Positions 1 to 12,871 of a stretch of DNA of 64,000 nt are shown here, piece after piece. Source of the stretch: the human T2T-CHM13v2.0 reference genome, Homo sapiens. Location: NCBI RefSeq assembly GCF_009914755.1, contig NC_060929.1. One strand, given 5' to 3'. The notes beneath the pieces are model-generated. The model was not told where the DNA came from and did not search any database. It worked only from the letters and a program-made list of their open reading frames with translations. Numbering within the stretch: position 1 is the first letter of the stretch; each line of letters opens with the position of its first letter. The position numbers were made by a program, and so were the translations under genes.

Positions 1-507
1 TGGAAAATTTCTTCAACATTGGTCCCTAAAAAACAATGAAATGACAGCTTCAAAGTTCCATGAAAGAACAACTCAAACAAGATTTCTATACTCAACCTAC
101 CAACTGACTGAATGGCTGGGGCTGGGGAACCGGAAATTTATTGAGCCATGCCCTTCCTTTGCTAGATGCTTTATTGTGATTATTAACACTCCTTTAAAGG
201 AAGTATTATTTTTGCCATGCACAGACAAGATCCACTAATAGGTCGACCCAAGGAATAAGTATCAAAAATAAGTGCCACAGTCAGAAAACATACCTGAGCC
301 AATCTGCTATTCTTCTTCCAGAGTATATCACTGGGCCTTTGAACACACAAAGACAGGCCAGCTCATAGGGCAAAGAAGATACAATGTAGAAACAGGGAGA
401 ACCATCCACTCCTGGGACTTTGAGGCAAGGTTAGACTGTTGCCATATGTAAAGGAGCATTATGTCATTGTTGCTACCTTGGCAAATTTCAAAGGTTATTG
501 TTCCAGC

Positions 508-684
508 TTCCCTTCCTTTTCTTTCCTTTCTCCTTTCCTTTCTCCCTTTCTTTCTCCTTTCCTTTCCTTTCTTTTTCCTTCCTTCCTTCCTTCCTTCCTT
601 CCTTCCTTCCTTCCTTCCTTCCTTCCTTCATTCCTTCCTTCCTTCTTTCCTTCTTTCCTTCTTTTCTTTCTTTTCTTTCTCTCT
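508..684. repeat. Polypyrimidine microsatellite (CCTT)n/(CTTT)n, probably the degenerate tail of the adjacent L1
   Basis: Almost pure C/T tract with 13 uninterrupted CCTT units at 577-628; it abuts the L1 3' end. Confidence 0.95.
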
Positions 685-1136
685 TAAATTTTATTTTAAG
701 CTCCGGGCTACAGGATGTGTGCAGGATGTGCAGGTTTGTTACTTAGGTAAATGTGTGTCACGGTGATTTGCTGTGCCCATCAACCCATTACCTAGGTATT
801 AAGCCGGGCATGCATTAGCTATTTTTCCTAATGCCCCCCTCTCCCCGTGCCCCACCCCCATGCACTGGACACCCCCCAGTGTGTTGTTGTTCCCCTCCCT
901 GTATTTATGAGTTCATTTCATTCAGCTCCCACTTAAAAGTGTTTAATTTTCTGTTCCTGCATTAGTTTGCTGAGGATGATGGCTTCCAGCTCCATCCATC
1001 CCCCTGCAAAGGACATGATCTCATTCCTTTTTATGGCTGCATAGTATTCCATGGTATATATGTACCACATTTTCTTTATCCAGTCTGTCATTGATGGGCA
1101 TTTGGGTTCATTCCATGTCTTTGCTATTGTGAATAG
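685..1136 (-). mobile_element. L1PA (L1PA10-like) 3' end, 5'-truncated
   Basis: Reverse L1 3'UTR motifs gcaggatgtgcaggtttgttac, gcatgcattagctatttttcc, tttatggctgcatagtattccatgg. Confidence 0.92.
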
Positions 1137-1152
1137 CAGCTATATTTTCTTA

Positions 1153-1588
<436 letters not shown>

Positions 1589-1639
1589 CTCCCCTACATT
1601 TCCAGTGCTATTTCAACCTATCTGTTGAATCTCATTCAT

Positions 1640-2130
1640 AAGCTCATGAAACAAATATTCATTATACCTGAGGTCCTAGATGCTGTGTCAACAACACAAA
1701 TTCCCTATCCTCATGAAGCTTTCAGTCTAGGAAGATAATGAAGAGAATTTGGTGAAAGAGAAGAATGCAAGCAGGAGGAGGAAGATTTACTTGGTTAGAG
1801 TGGTCAGGAAAATACTTTCCATTGAGGTAACAATTCAGTCGATTCAAATAATCCAGTTATGTAATGGTCGGTGTGATGGGTGGTTGCATTAGAAGGAAAT
1901 GGAATAGTAGTGCAAACACCTCAAGATGGGAAAATGCTTGGAGCGTTCAGGAACTGAAACTGTGCCAAAGTAAGTGAGAGAGGATGGCCAAAGATGAAAT
2001 TGAAAAGGTAATTAGAGCCACAATTCACGGGGCCTGTAGGCTATTGTAAGAAATTAGAAGACAATTCAAAGTGTGATGAAAAAATCTCTGAAGAGCTGAA
2101 AGCACAGCAAGGACATGAACTGATGTATGG
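1640..2130 (-). mobile_element. L2 fragment
   Basis: Purine-rich reverse-L2 motifs (ccctatcctcatgaagctttcagtctag, gtggtcaggaaa, ggcctgtaggctattgtaag). Confidence 0.55.
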
Positions 2131-2514
2131 TTGCATGTTTGACTTACCTAAAGACCTCACCATGTGCACACTCCACTGGCATCTCAGAATCAACAAACAC
2201 AGACATCATCTTCCTTGCCCCCAAAGTCACCATTTCTTTCTATTCCTCTCCTCTCCCCATTCCTTTTCCAAATATTTATTGAAAATCAACTCTGTCAAAA
2301 TACTTCCTGAGTCCCTATAGTAGTCAAACAGCAAAATATTGTCATCTCAGCATTGTTTTATTTCCTCACCCACACACCCACACAACTACATCCTATGAAC
2401 TGTTTTGCAAAATGTCTCTCAAACTCTGCCTAGTTCAAGCTTTTATTACGACTCATCTAATATAAATAATAATAGCAATAATAATATTGCTACTACCCAC
2501 AACAATTATTACAA

Positions 2515-2612
2515 CTACTTCTAATACAAATAATGCTTACCATGGATCAGGCTTTGTTATATGCATTTTACATAGATTAACACATTTAATTGTCACAAAA
2601 GTCCTGAGGTCT
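2515..2612 (-). mobile_element. MIR 3' fragment
   Basis: tgcttaccatg...atgcattttacatagattaacacatttaat resembles the reverse MIR tail. Confidence 0.55.
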
Positions 2613-2923
2613 GGCTCTAGATATACAACTACACACGGCCTCGTTAAAGTGCTCTTAACTGGTTGCCTTTTCTCTGTCCTCTTTCTAATCCATCCTACTC
2701 ATTTTATTGACAGACTAATTGTCCCCACACAAAGATCTGATCAAGCCAAAAGCCATCTGTGGTTCCCCAGTGCATTGAGAACAACATTCAAACTCCTTAA
2801 GCTGATAATCGTCCTCCCAAGATCTGGTCCTAATCTATACTTCCCAATTCAGAGCACACTTCTTCTCTACACATAACAAAGTTTTGCTACAAGGAATCAG
2901 TTTATTTCTAATTATTTTCAATG

Positions 2924-3396
2924 CACTAATTCTCAAATTGTGGTATGAGCACCTCTAGGGATCCCTAAAATTGCTTTAGGAGGTCCATAGATCAAAACCA
3001 TTTTCATAATACGAAGATGTTATTTGCTTTTGTAACTCTCATTCTCTCATGAGTGTACAGCAGGGTTTCCCAGGCACTCTGTGATATGCGATATTACAAC
3101 AGACTGCAGAAGCACATATGAGAACCTGTCTTCTATTAAGCCAGATGTTAAAGAGATTTATAAAAAACATAATGTAATGCTACTCTTCTATTTTGGGGGA
3201 TATATATAGTAATTTTTCATAAAAGCATGCCATTGATGTTAATATGTAATGAGTTTATTATTGTTATTTTTAATTGAATTAATAAATAATTTAACTGTCA
3301 ATAGACATTAACCACATTAATTAAAGAACTTTGAGGTTCTCAATCATTTTTAAGGTTATAAGGTGGTCCTCAGACCAAATAGTTTAAGAAACACTG
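2924..3396 (+). mobile_element. hAT-Charlie DNA transposon fossil (Charlie4a-like)
   Basis: TIR-like ends cactaattctcaaa / gtttaagaaacactg; internal ctctcattctctcatgagtgtacag and tgtcttctattaagccaga. Confidence 0.75.
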
Positions 3397-3751
3397 TTTT
3401 TTTGTTTTTGTTTTTGCTTTTGTTCTTTTCTTTCTTGCTTTCTTTCTCTTTTTTTTTTTTTTTTTTAGAGACAGAATTTCACTCTGTTGCCCAGGCTAGA
3501 GTGCAGTGGTACAATCTTGGCTCAGTGCAGCCTCTACCTAGCAGGTTCAAGTAATCCTTTCACCTCAGCCTCCTGAGTAGCCGGGACTATAGGTGCATGC
3601 CACCACACCTGTCTAACTTTTAAATATTTTTTGTTGAGATGGGGTTTCGCCATGTTGCCTGGACTGGTCTCAAACTCCTGGGTTTAAGTAATCTGCCACC
3701 CTTGGCTTCCCAAAGTGCTGGAATTACAGGTGTGAGCCACCATGCCCAGTC
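3397..3751 (-). mobile_element. AluJ with compound T-rich tail
   Basis: Full reverse Alu ending gtgagccaccatgcccagtc; TSD aagaa(a/c)cactgtt on both sides. Confidence 0.93.
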
Positions 3752-3769
3752 AAAAGAACCACTGTTCTA

Positions 3770-3975
3770 ATGCTTAAGAGTACATGCTTTAAAATCAGAT
3801 TGACCTGGAGTTCAAATCCTAGTGATACTGATAATTTTTTTGACCCCAGGAAAGTTAAAGTTGTATCAGAATACTCAGTTTTCTCTACAGCAAAATGGGG
3901 ATAATAATTATTGACCTTACAGGGTAATATGAGCAAAATGCTTAAGCCAGAGTTGGCACACAGTACCAAATGGTG
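3770..3975 (+). mobile_element. MIR
   Basis: ttaagagtacatgcttt...gttcaaatcct...ctcagttttctc...aaaatggggataataat...ggcacacagta. Confidence 0.8.
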
Positions 3976-5444
3976 CCAAATGATAGATTCTTCCCATTTC
4001 ATGACTAACATAATGATCATTATATTGTCATCTTCTAAACATGCTCCGGGGTTTCCTGGCTCAGAGTAATTAGTGATATTCTTGTCTCTGCAGGGATTGT
4101 CCTCTCAGAGACTTGTCTAACTACTGAGAGCCAACTGTAGTAGGCTAGTATTTGTAGAATGCAGACATCACTCTCTCTCTCACTCCTATAGAACCAGAAA
4201 GACCAAAGTATTGTATTTGTTCTTGAGTTTCTAACTCATGAACTGTAAGAGTCTGGTGCCTAAGAAGGAGAAAAAAATTTTTGAAGATCAAAATCTTGCC
4301 TTTAAATACTGATCCACAGTTCCTAAAAGTATGAAAGGTCAGTATTCTGGGGAAGAAAAAGGAAAGAATGCAAGTTTATTATATAAGAACATTATTATAA
4401 AAGGAGACCAAAGTTTGACCAAGTGGCAGAAAGTAGGAAATCAATAGGCTTAGTCTAGAGATTAAATATCTACTCAGCCTCTCATGAGGCTTATCAAGCC
4501 CAGTCCTGGGGTAGGAGGTAACTAATGGAACTAGAGGAAAGTTGTAGAAAATTCCACAGGCAGTATTGGGAGCGTGTTCCCCGAGTCCTAAAGTATAGCC
4601 CAGAGAGGTTGTAAGCTTCTTGGAGAAACCTCATGTCTAACCAATATGGTGCTTGAGTAATGGTTGTAACCACTGATCATACAGACTGGCTGAAGACATC
4701 TGCTTGAAGTCCTGTAGCCTCAGTATAGAATGAAAGAGACTGCTAAAAGTAGCTTCATCTCCTTGAGAGAAAAGCAGAAACAGTTAAGAACACAGTGATG
4801 AACCCAAAGGTGCCAGGAGTCAAAATGAGGGCACGGACATGGTACTGGAGGTCATGGTAACACCACATTTAACAGCAGCAGGTTAACATTAACATGAGGA
4901 ACCAGATACAAAAAAGTCACACCCAAGCCAAGACTGGGAGAAAACATATACAAAACATGTTTGCTAAGGAACTTATATTCAGCCTATTTAAAACAACTTT
5001 TACAAATCAATAATTAAAAGACAACCTGATAAAAATGGGGGCAAAATATCTGAACAGAAATTTTACCAAAGGATATATATGAGTGGCAAATAAACACCTG
5101 AAAATATGCTCAACATTATTAGTCATTAAGGAAATGAAAGTTAAAACCGCAATGAAATACCATTGCATCTCTACTAGAATTGCTAAGACTAACTATGTCA
5201 AGTGTTGGTGAGGACATGGAGCAATTGGGACTCTCATACTTTGCTGGTGGGAGTGGAAAATGGAACACTGGAAAATATTTGTTATTCCCCTATAAAATTA
5301 AACACACACCATTCAATCCACTCCTGTATATTTATTAGGAAGAAATAAAAACATATCTCAATCTACTCCTCTCCTGCATATTTATTAGGGAGAAATAAAA
5401 GCATGTCCACACAAACATTTGTACTTGAATGTTCTTGTCTTAAG

Positions 5445-5608
5445 TTTGAAATTTTTAAATTTTTAAATTTTTATAATAGAGGTGGGATCTCACTATGTTG
5501 ACCAGGCTGGTGGTCTTGAACTCCAGGCCTCCAGTGATCCTCCAGCCATGATCTCACCTTGACCTCCCAAAATGTTGGGATTAAAGACATGAGGCACTGT
5601 TCCTGGCC
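5445..5608 (-). mobile_element. Alu left monomer (FLAM-like)
   Basis: ctcactatgttgaccaggctgg...cctcccaaaatgttgggatta...cctggcc; TSD tgaatgttctt on both sides. Confidence 0.85.
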
Positions 5609-6310
5609 TGAATGTTCTTAACAGCTTTATTTATAAGCCAAAAACTGGAACAGCCCAACTGCCCACCAACTAGTGAATGGTATAGTACATCTATACAATG
5701 TAATACTACTTAGCAATTAAAAGGAACTCACTCCTATTAAATACCCTCTAAATAAATCTCAAAATCAATGTGATAAGTGAAAGAAGTCAAACAAAAGGCT
5801 AAGTGCAATCTGATTTTATTCATATAACATTATAGAAAAGACAAAACTATAGAGTCAAATGGCAGATCATTGGTTGCTAGTGCCCAGTGGTGGTAGGTTG
5901 GGATTGATTTCAAAATAGCAGGAGTCAACTTTTGGGGATGATGGAAATGTTCTCTGTGCTATCCAGTATGGAAGCTCCCAAGCCACATGTAGCTACTGAA
6001 ATTTTAATTACATATAATTTAAATTAAATAAAATTTAAATGGAAATAAAAGTTATAATGGAAAGCTTGTAAGCAGGATTGAAACAATTTGGACATTTGAA
6101 CCTATTTTTTCAGCTGTGAATTTTATAAGTTCTAAATAAAAATTAAGTATTTCTAGTGAAGATATATTGTCTGAGTTGAGATATGTTGGAAGTGTAAAAT
6201 ACACAATAGACTTGAAAGAATGGATGTGAAAAAAGACATAAAGTAGCTCGTTAATATATTCTTATATTGATTCCATAACAAAGTGATAATATTTGAATAT
6301 ATTAAGTTAA

Positions 6311-6684
<374 letters not shown>

Positions 6685-6768
6685 TTTTCTTTTATTTTTA
6701 ATTGACACATAATGATTATGCATCATCATATTTATGGGGCACAGAGTGATATCTCAATATATGTATCT
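6685..6768 (-). mobile_element. L1MA-type extreme 3' end
   Basis: tttatttttaattgacacataat...tatttatggggcacagagtgat. Confidence 0.6.
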
Positions 6769-8159
6769 TTCTTCTACTTTTTGGAAATGTGGCCACTGGA
6801 AAACTTTTAAATTATGTACGTGGCTCACCTTATACGTCTATTGGGCAGTACTGTTCTACCTCATGACTGTGGCAGTGGTTACAACACTGTATGCCCTTGT
6901 CAAAACATATTGAATTGTACATTTAAAACTAGCACATTTTTTGAAATGTCAATTGCACTTTATGCAGCTGATTAAATTTAAAGAGACAATCTACTTCTAA
7001 GAAGACCAGCCGAGTTACACTGTAGCAGGAGACAGGATGAGTAACACAGGAAGGGGGCGCTGCAGGGACAGAGGCCTAAAGGGAAGACCAGGAAAGGCAA
7101 GAGGCTCCTTGGCTGATTGTGGTGAGGACAGAAGATAGCGCAGGATGCCATTCCGACAGGGAAGTAGGAAAGTACAGGAGGCTTTTGTGGGTGTAAAATG
7201 GAATGTTTAGAGCCTAAATTATCAGCTTAAGTCTGAAAACGATTGGATAAGCATGAATTGGCTAAATTACATTTTTTTTTTCCATCAGCAGATGTAGAAG
7301 TTAAAATCTAGAAATAAAGCTGCATTTTTGCACAAGCGAGCTGGTGGATTATTACAACTATGTATTTTAAGCCATCTATGTGCATTTTCCTGAAGCTCAG
7401 CTCAAGCAGCTCTTCTCCCAGAGCTTCTTCAGGACATTGGTTAAAATGAATGTGTTCCCATATGAGCGTTCCCAAAGTTCAGCTTATATTCCTATTATGG
7501 AAAATTTCATGTACCCAGGAGCCAAAGAAAGTGGAATTAATATCCACAGAAGGGCAAAGTCTACAACAGCATCTCTGTGCTGCCTGGTCATCACCAAGTT
7601 GGAGAAAGGGCTAAGGACAGGTATACCTGAACATCCCCCCTGAGGCCAACCCATCAGCTATAGTGTGGAACACACTGTGCTTCACACTGTTTAAGTTCTC
7701 TACTCGGGAGAAACCCCCTTTTCCATTATCCTGTATAAATGCTGTTGATTTGTCAAGGCCCAGCTAAGTTTTTGTCTTTTCCCATACCACTTTCATTTTC
7801 TACTGCTTTGAAATCCTACACTACTTTACTGTTTAGCAATTGTGAGTTATTCACTATTGGGTCCTGTGTGTTTATTCTGTCTCCTCAATCAAATGGTGAG
7901 GTTCTTGGGGGCATGCCTTTCATTTCCATAGTATGCAGTGGTTTGTTAGTCTTTCAAACTGGCTGATCAAATGTTGGCAGCATTGAATTCCCTAGAAGGA
8001 AAAACCATGTTGTTCTTCCTTATTAATAAATATGATCATAGAGAAAAACTGCCGAGCAGAACAGCAGCAGCAATGATTTTATGAGCATACCCACAGCCAC
8101 GTTCTTTACATTAATTCTCACGTTTTGTCTTCTAAATCAAACTACATGATACCTATAAC

Positions 8160-8672
8160 CATGGTTCCTCAAGTGACTGGAGGTACCCCAGGGCACCACA
8201 GTGAACTTACAGGAAAGCCAAGACAGATTTTAAAGTTTTGAGGGAAACACTTCTGTGATACACCATGCAAAATATTAGCTTGAAGTAGATCACAGTTGCA
8301 ACATTAGATTGTACTACATGACAGATCTTTGTAAAGGTTGGTTGTGATGAAAACCAAGTATGGTGCAAAATTCAACATGGAAGAGAAAAGTCTGATTCCA
8401 AGTTTCAAGGAATTATGCAGTACTCAACAGGCACACATATTCTACTAGTAAGTTCTTGGTGTTTACTTAAAAATTAAATTTTTTTTTCTTTCAATATGTA
8501 TATTTTTCAAAAGACTCCTAAATTTTTTGAACATACATATGTATACAGCTGTTTGGGCCTAGCTACTTAATAAAGAAATTGTTAGATTTTTTTTTTTTTT
8601 TGGCATAGGGGTGTGTTAAACAATTACTGAGACACTAAGGGCTCCATTAACAGAAAAAGTTTAGCAGTCTGC
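8160..8672. mobile_element. Probable hAT-Charlie non-autonomous DNA transposon
   Basis: Start catggttcctcaa...ccccagggcaccacagtgaacttacagg; transposase-end-like tgattccaagtttc...caacaggcacac; end agaaaaagtttag. Confidence 0.55.
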
Positions 8673-8679
8673 ACCCTGT

Positions 8680-8815
8680 AAGGCTCACATCATTGTTTTC
8701 AGGTTGTAGTTGAAGAAGGTGATGACCTAGAGTGTTGAGAAACTTCCCAAAGGCCCTACACTAGTCAGTGTCAGACCTAGGATTCAATTCCAGCTTCCCC
8801 TCAATATAAAACTCA
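8680..8815 (-). mobile_element. MIR fragment
   Basis: aacttcccaaaggccctacactagtcagtgtcagacctaggattcaattccag. Confidence 0.65.
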
Positions 8816-8819
8816 TGCC

Positions 8820-9012
8820 TTCTTTCTTCCTTTCCCTCCCTCCCTTCCTCCCTTCCTCCCTTCCTCCCTTCCTTCCTTCCCACCCAGGGTTTTGCTATGT
8901 TGCCCAGGCTGGAGTGCAGTGCCGTGATCACGGCTCACTGCAGCCTCAAACTCTTGGGCTCAAGTGATCCTCCTGAGTTGCCTCCCGAGTAGCTGGGATT
9001 ACAGGGGTGGGC
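8820..9012 (-). mobile_element. Old Alu right arm (FRAM/AluJ-like) with (CCTT/CCTCCCTT)n tail
   Basis: Pyrimidine tract 8820-8880, then tgcccaggctggagtgcagt...gatcacggctcactgcagcctcaaactc. Confidence 0.85.
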
Positions 9013-10414
9013 CCTGGAGCTCAGATCGTGTTTTTCATCCTGGGTTTACTTTAAGATCCTTCAGATCAGCTCCTGGAGGCAGCCACCAAAGAGAAAGCAG
9101 ATGGTCCATGGAGAAGTAATAGTGGGAGAAGATTTCCCCTGCAGCTAAGAGAGGGCAGTGGGAGGTCACAGAAAGTAGCAGGGTGAGTGACCTTGACTGT
9201 TTCTGACCACCAGCTATTACCACAACATAAATTTACACTGAGGAATTAAGAGACTAACTAGGGGTTCCATGGGGAGCTCATCCATCCTCCTAGACCATGA
9301 CATCCCCCCACACTAACATCAGAGGGAAGAGTGGGTAACTTATCAGTAAGTAGAGCAGTTCTTGAATTCAGTTCATTTGCTTCTGGGATATTCTTGGATT
9401 TTTATTCCAACCCCAATACACTTCAAAGAATGACAATGTGACCCTTTTCTTGTCCTAATGATCTGGGAGCATTTTCCTCACCATTATGCACATGTTACTA
9501 CCCTCTTAAGAGGTCAGTAAAGCTCTTCATTTCAAAACCTGATTTATTTGCATTCATAATCTCCCTGTTAGCTAGGCAATCTGCATAATAACCTGGCATG
9601 AAATATTTTTAACCAGGCTTTCCAAAATATAGAAAGAAGCCTTCCTAATAATGGAAGGCATTCACTATCTTAAACTGGAATCCATTTACAGATTAAATTT
9701 GCCAAGAGGTCAGCTTGCAGCTGCCACTGTGTTGCAAGCCCGCATGTCCTCTGTGTCACATCCTGTGACATATCTTGAGAAGAGTCAGGGTCTTTTCCAG
9801 TCTGCTGGTTCTGTGTTTCAATTAGAATAGATTTAAGAGTCCCCAAGCTCTGGTTTCTAGGTGGCTTTGCACAATATTATTAATAATTCAATCATACCTA
9901 TGCTGATAACAGATTACATTTCTACCATCCCACAAAAAAGCCCAAACAGATTAAGGACTACCCCTATGGCTAATTTCTTTAGCAGTTTCATATCTGATTG
10001 ACATCCATTTATCTAATTGCAGCTAGAAGATTTAATTTCCATTTCATTGGCTTAAAATTAATAGGAAAAACCTGTTTACTTTTTAAATATTTGACTCATC
10101 CTTTCTCATCTCCTGAATAATGTTGAGATAGTCCATTCTATGGGATGGATTCTACAACTTATCAGTTTTCATTCTCTGAATTCATTTCAGGCAAGCCTAG
10201 CTATTTACAATTTGAAGTCTAACATAAAATTTAATCTTTCATTGCAAGTAATTTCATTTTTCACGAGCCTAATAACAAGAAGGTAGCAGGGTGTTCATTT
10301 AGAATTTCAAAAAATTTTGCAGATAGAAAAAAATTTGAAGGCTATACAGCTATGGATGCAAAAGCTAGTTTGATCATTTATGAGCTACAATGCCCAGAAT
10401 AGGTTACTTAACTC

Positions 10415-10587
10415 AGATTTGAGACAAGGATGAGACAAGTGTAGTGCCTCAAGTGCAAGATTTAAAGGAAGTGCTCACTCTTGGTGTTATGCAAGGTTGG
10501 GAGAGCACATGTACAAACATGCAGTGAATACCTTTATCCTTAAATTTTGTGCCATATGATTGTTGCTTCCTTTACTCTAGTCCTGGG
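10415..10587. mobile_element. MER91A-like palindromic hAT-Tip100 MITE
   Basis: Degenerate inverted arms gcaagatttaaaggaagtgctcactc / gtgaatacc...cttaaattttgtgcc...ctagtcctgg. Confidence 0.65.
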
Positions 10588-10589
10588 AA

Positions 10590-10755
10590 GATCTCTGACC
10601 ATTAGTTGCCTCATCTGCAAAAGGGTGATGGTAATAGCAACCTTCTTCATGGTGGTGTAGTAAGGATAAAATAAAATAATTCACTTAAGCACTTAGAATA
10701 TTGCCCGGTACATAGTAAGCACTTAATAAATGCTCCATGATGTTACTGTTAATAA
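10590..10755 (+). mobile_element. MIR core and tail
   Basis: cctcatctgcaaaaggg...agcacttagaatattgcccggtacatagtaagcacttaataaatg. Confidence 0.85.
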
Positions 10756-10779
10756 TACATTACATTGTATTGTACAATT

Positions 10780-11640
10780 TGATCATGTTACCTATAGTCT
10801 TTCAGAAGTTTCTTACTTTTTTAAGAAAATGTATAAAATCATATTTTTAAAAAGAATATAGTATAAAATCATTAGCATGTCCCCCAAACCTAGCATAATC
10901 TGACTCCATGTACTTTTCTGTCAATATCTTCTAAAGCTCTCCCTGAATATCCCACTGGTCTTCCTTTGGGTTCTTAAATAATTTATGTTCCATATTCGTC
11001 TACCTGTCACAGGGCTTCTACATAGGCTGTTCCCAGTCTAAAATTCTTTTCCATCCCTTTTCATATAGTTAACTCTGCCTCATCTTTTATATCATAGTTC
11101 AATCATCATTTCCTTAGGGCCCAGATCAGATTGTCTGTTAGACACTTTCTTGTCTTTTTTTTTTTTTGAGATGGAGTCTTGTTTTGTCCCCCAAGTTGGA
11201 GTGCAGTAGTGTGATCTCAGCTCACTGCAATCTCTGCCTCCTGAGTTCAAGCAAAGCTCCTGCCTCAGCCTCCTGAGTAGCTGAGACAACAGGTGCACAC
11301 CACCATGTCCGGCTAATTTTTGTATTTTTAGTAGAGACGGGATTTCGCCATATCGGCCAGGCTGGTCTTGAACTCCTGACCTTGTGATCCTCCCACCTCA
11401 GCCTCCCAAAGTGCTAGGATTACAGGGGTAAGCCACGGTGCCCAGCCTCTTGACTTTTAAAATAAATCACAGTTGGTACTTATGGATTTATTTTTCTGAT
11501 TATTGGATTACTGTCTCTCTATGCCACTAGATGCTAAGTTAGTTCCAAGAGAGCAGAGACCTTTCTGCTTTGGTTGGCAATTTATCCTCACCACAGTAGC
11601 CTGCAATCAGTAGGTGCACAATAAGTAATTGTTTAAAGAA
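10780..11640 (+). mobile_element. L2 3' region, interrupted by an Alu
   Basis: cagggcttctacataggctgttccc..., ccactagatgctaag...gagagcagagacc...agtaggtgcacaataagt. Confidence 0.7.
11155..11447 (-). mobile_element. AluS (Sg-like)
   Basis: Full reverse Alu with gaccttgtgatcc; TSD tcttg(t/a)ctttt. Confidence 0.93.
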
Positions 11641-12018
11641 GGATATAAAAATAATATTGCCACTGGCTATCCTAGCCAGGGACGAGGAAGACACTTCTTC
11701 ACATGGGAGACTATTGCCTTTTGGATTAAGAGTTCTTACTGCTTGTCTTCCTCATAGTGAACCCAAATACCTCTTCCCTCTATATGGCCACACCTAGGTC
11801 CAATTTTATTTCATAAGCAACCACTTTCTTTGAACATTTTATTAGTTCACAAATACTTGTCAAGTGCCTAGAATGTGTAGCACACTAGGTTTAGTTGGGT
11901 ATATACAATGAATAAAGGTACACTTCCTATACTTAGGGTTTTTTCAGCACAGTGGAGGACGAATCACATGCACAAAGCTCTGATTTAAGAAAGTGTAGAG
12001 TGTATATTCAGTTCCCTA

Positions 12019-12871
<853 letters not shown>

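Noticed and set aside
439-766. Three overlapping F/L/P/S-rich ORFs
   Set aside because: They are translations of the stop-free (CCTT)n tract
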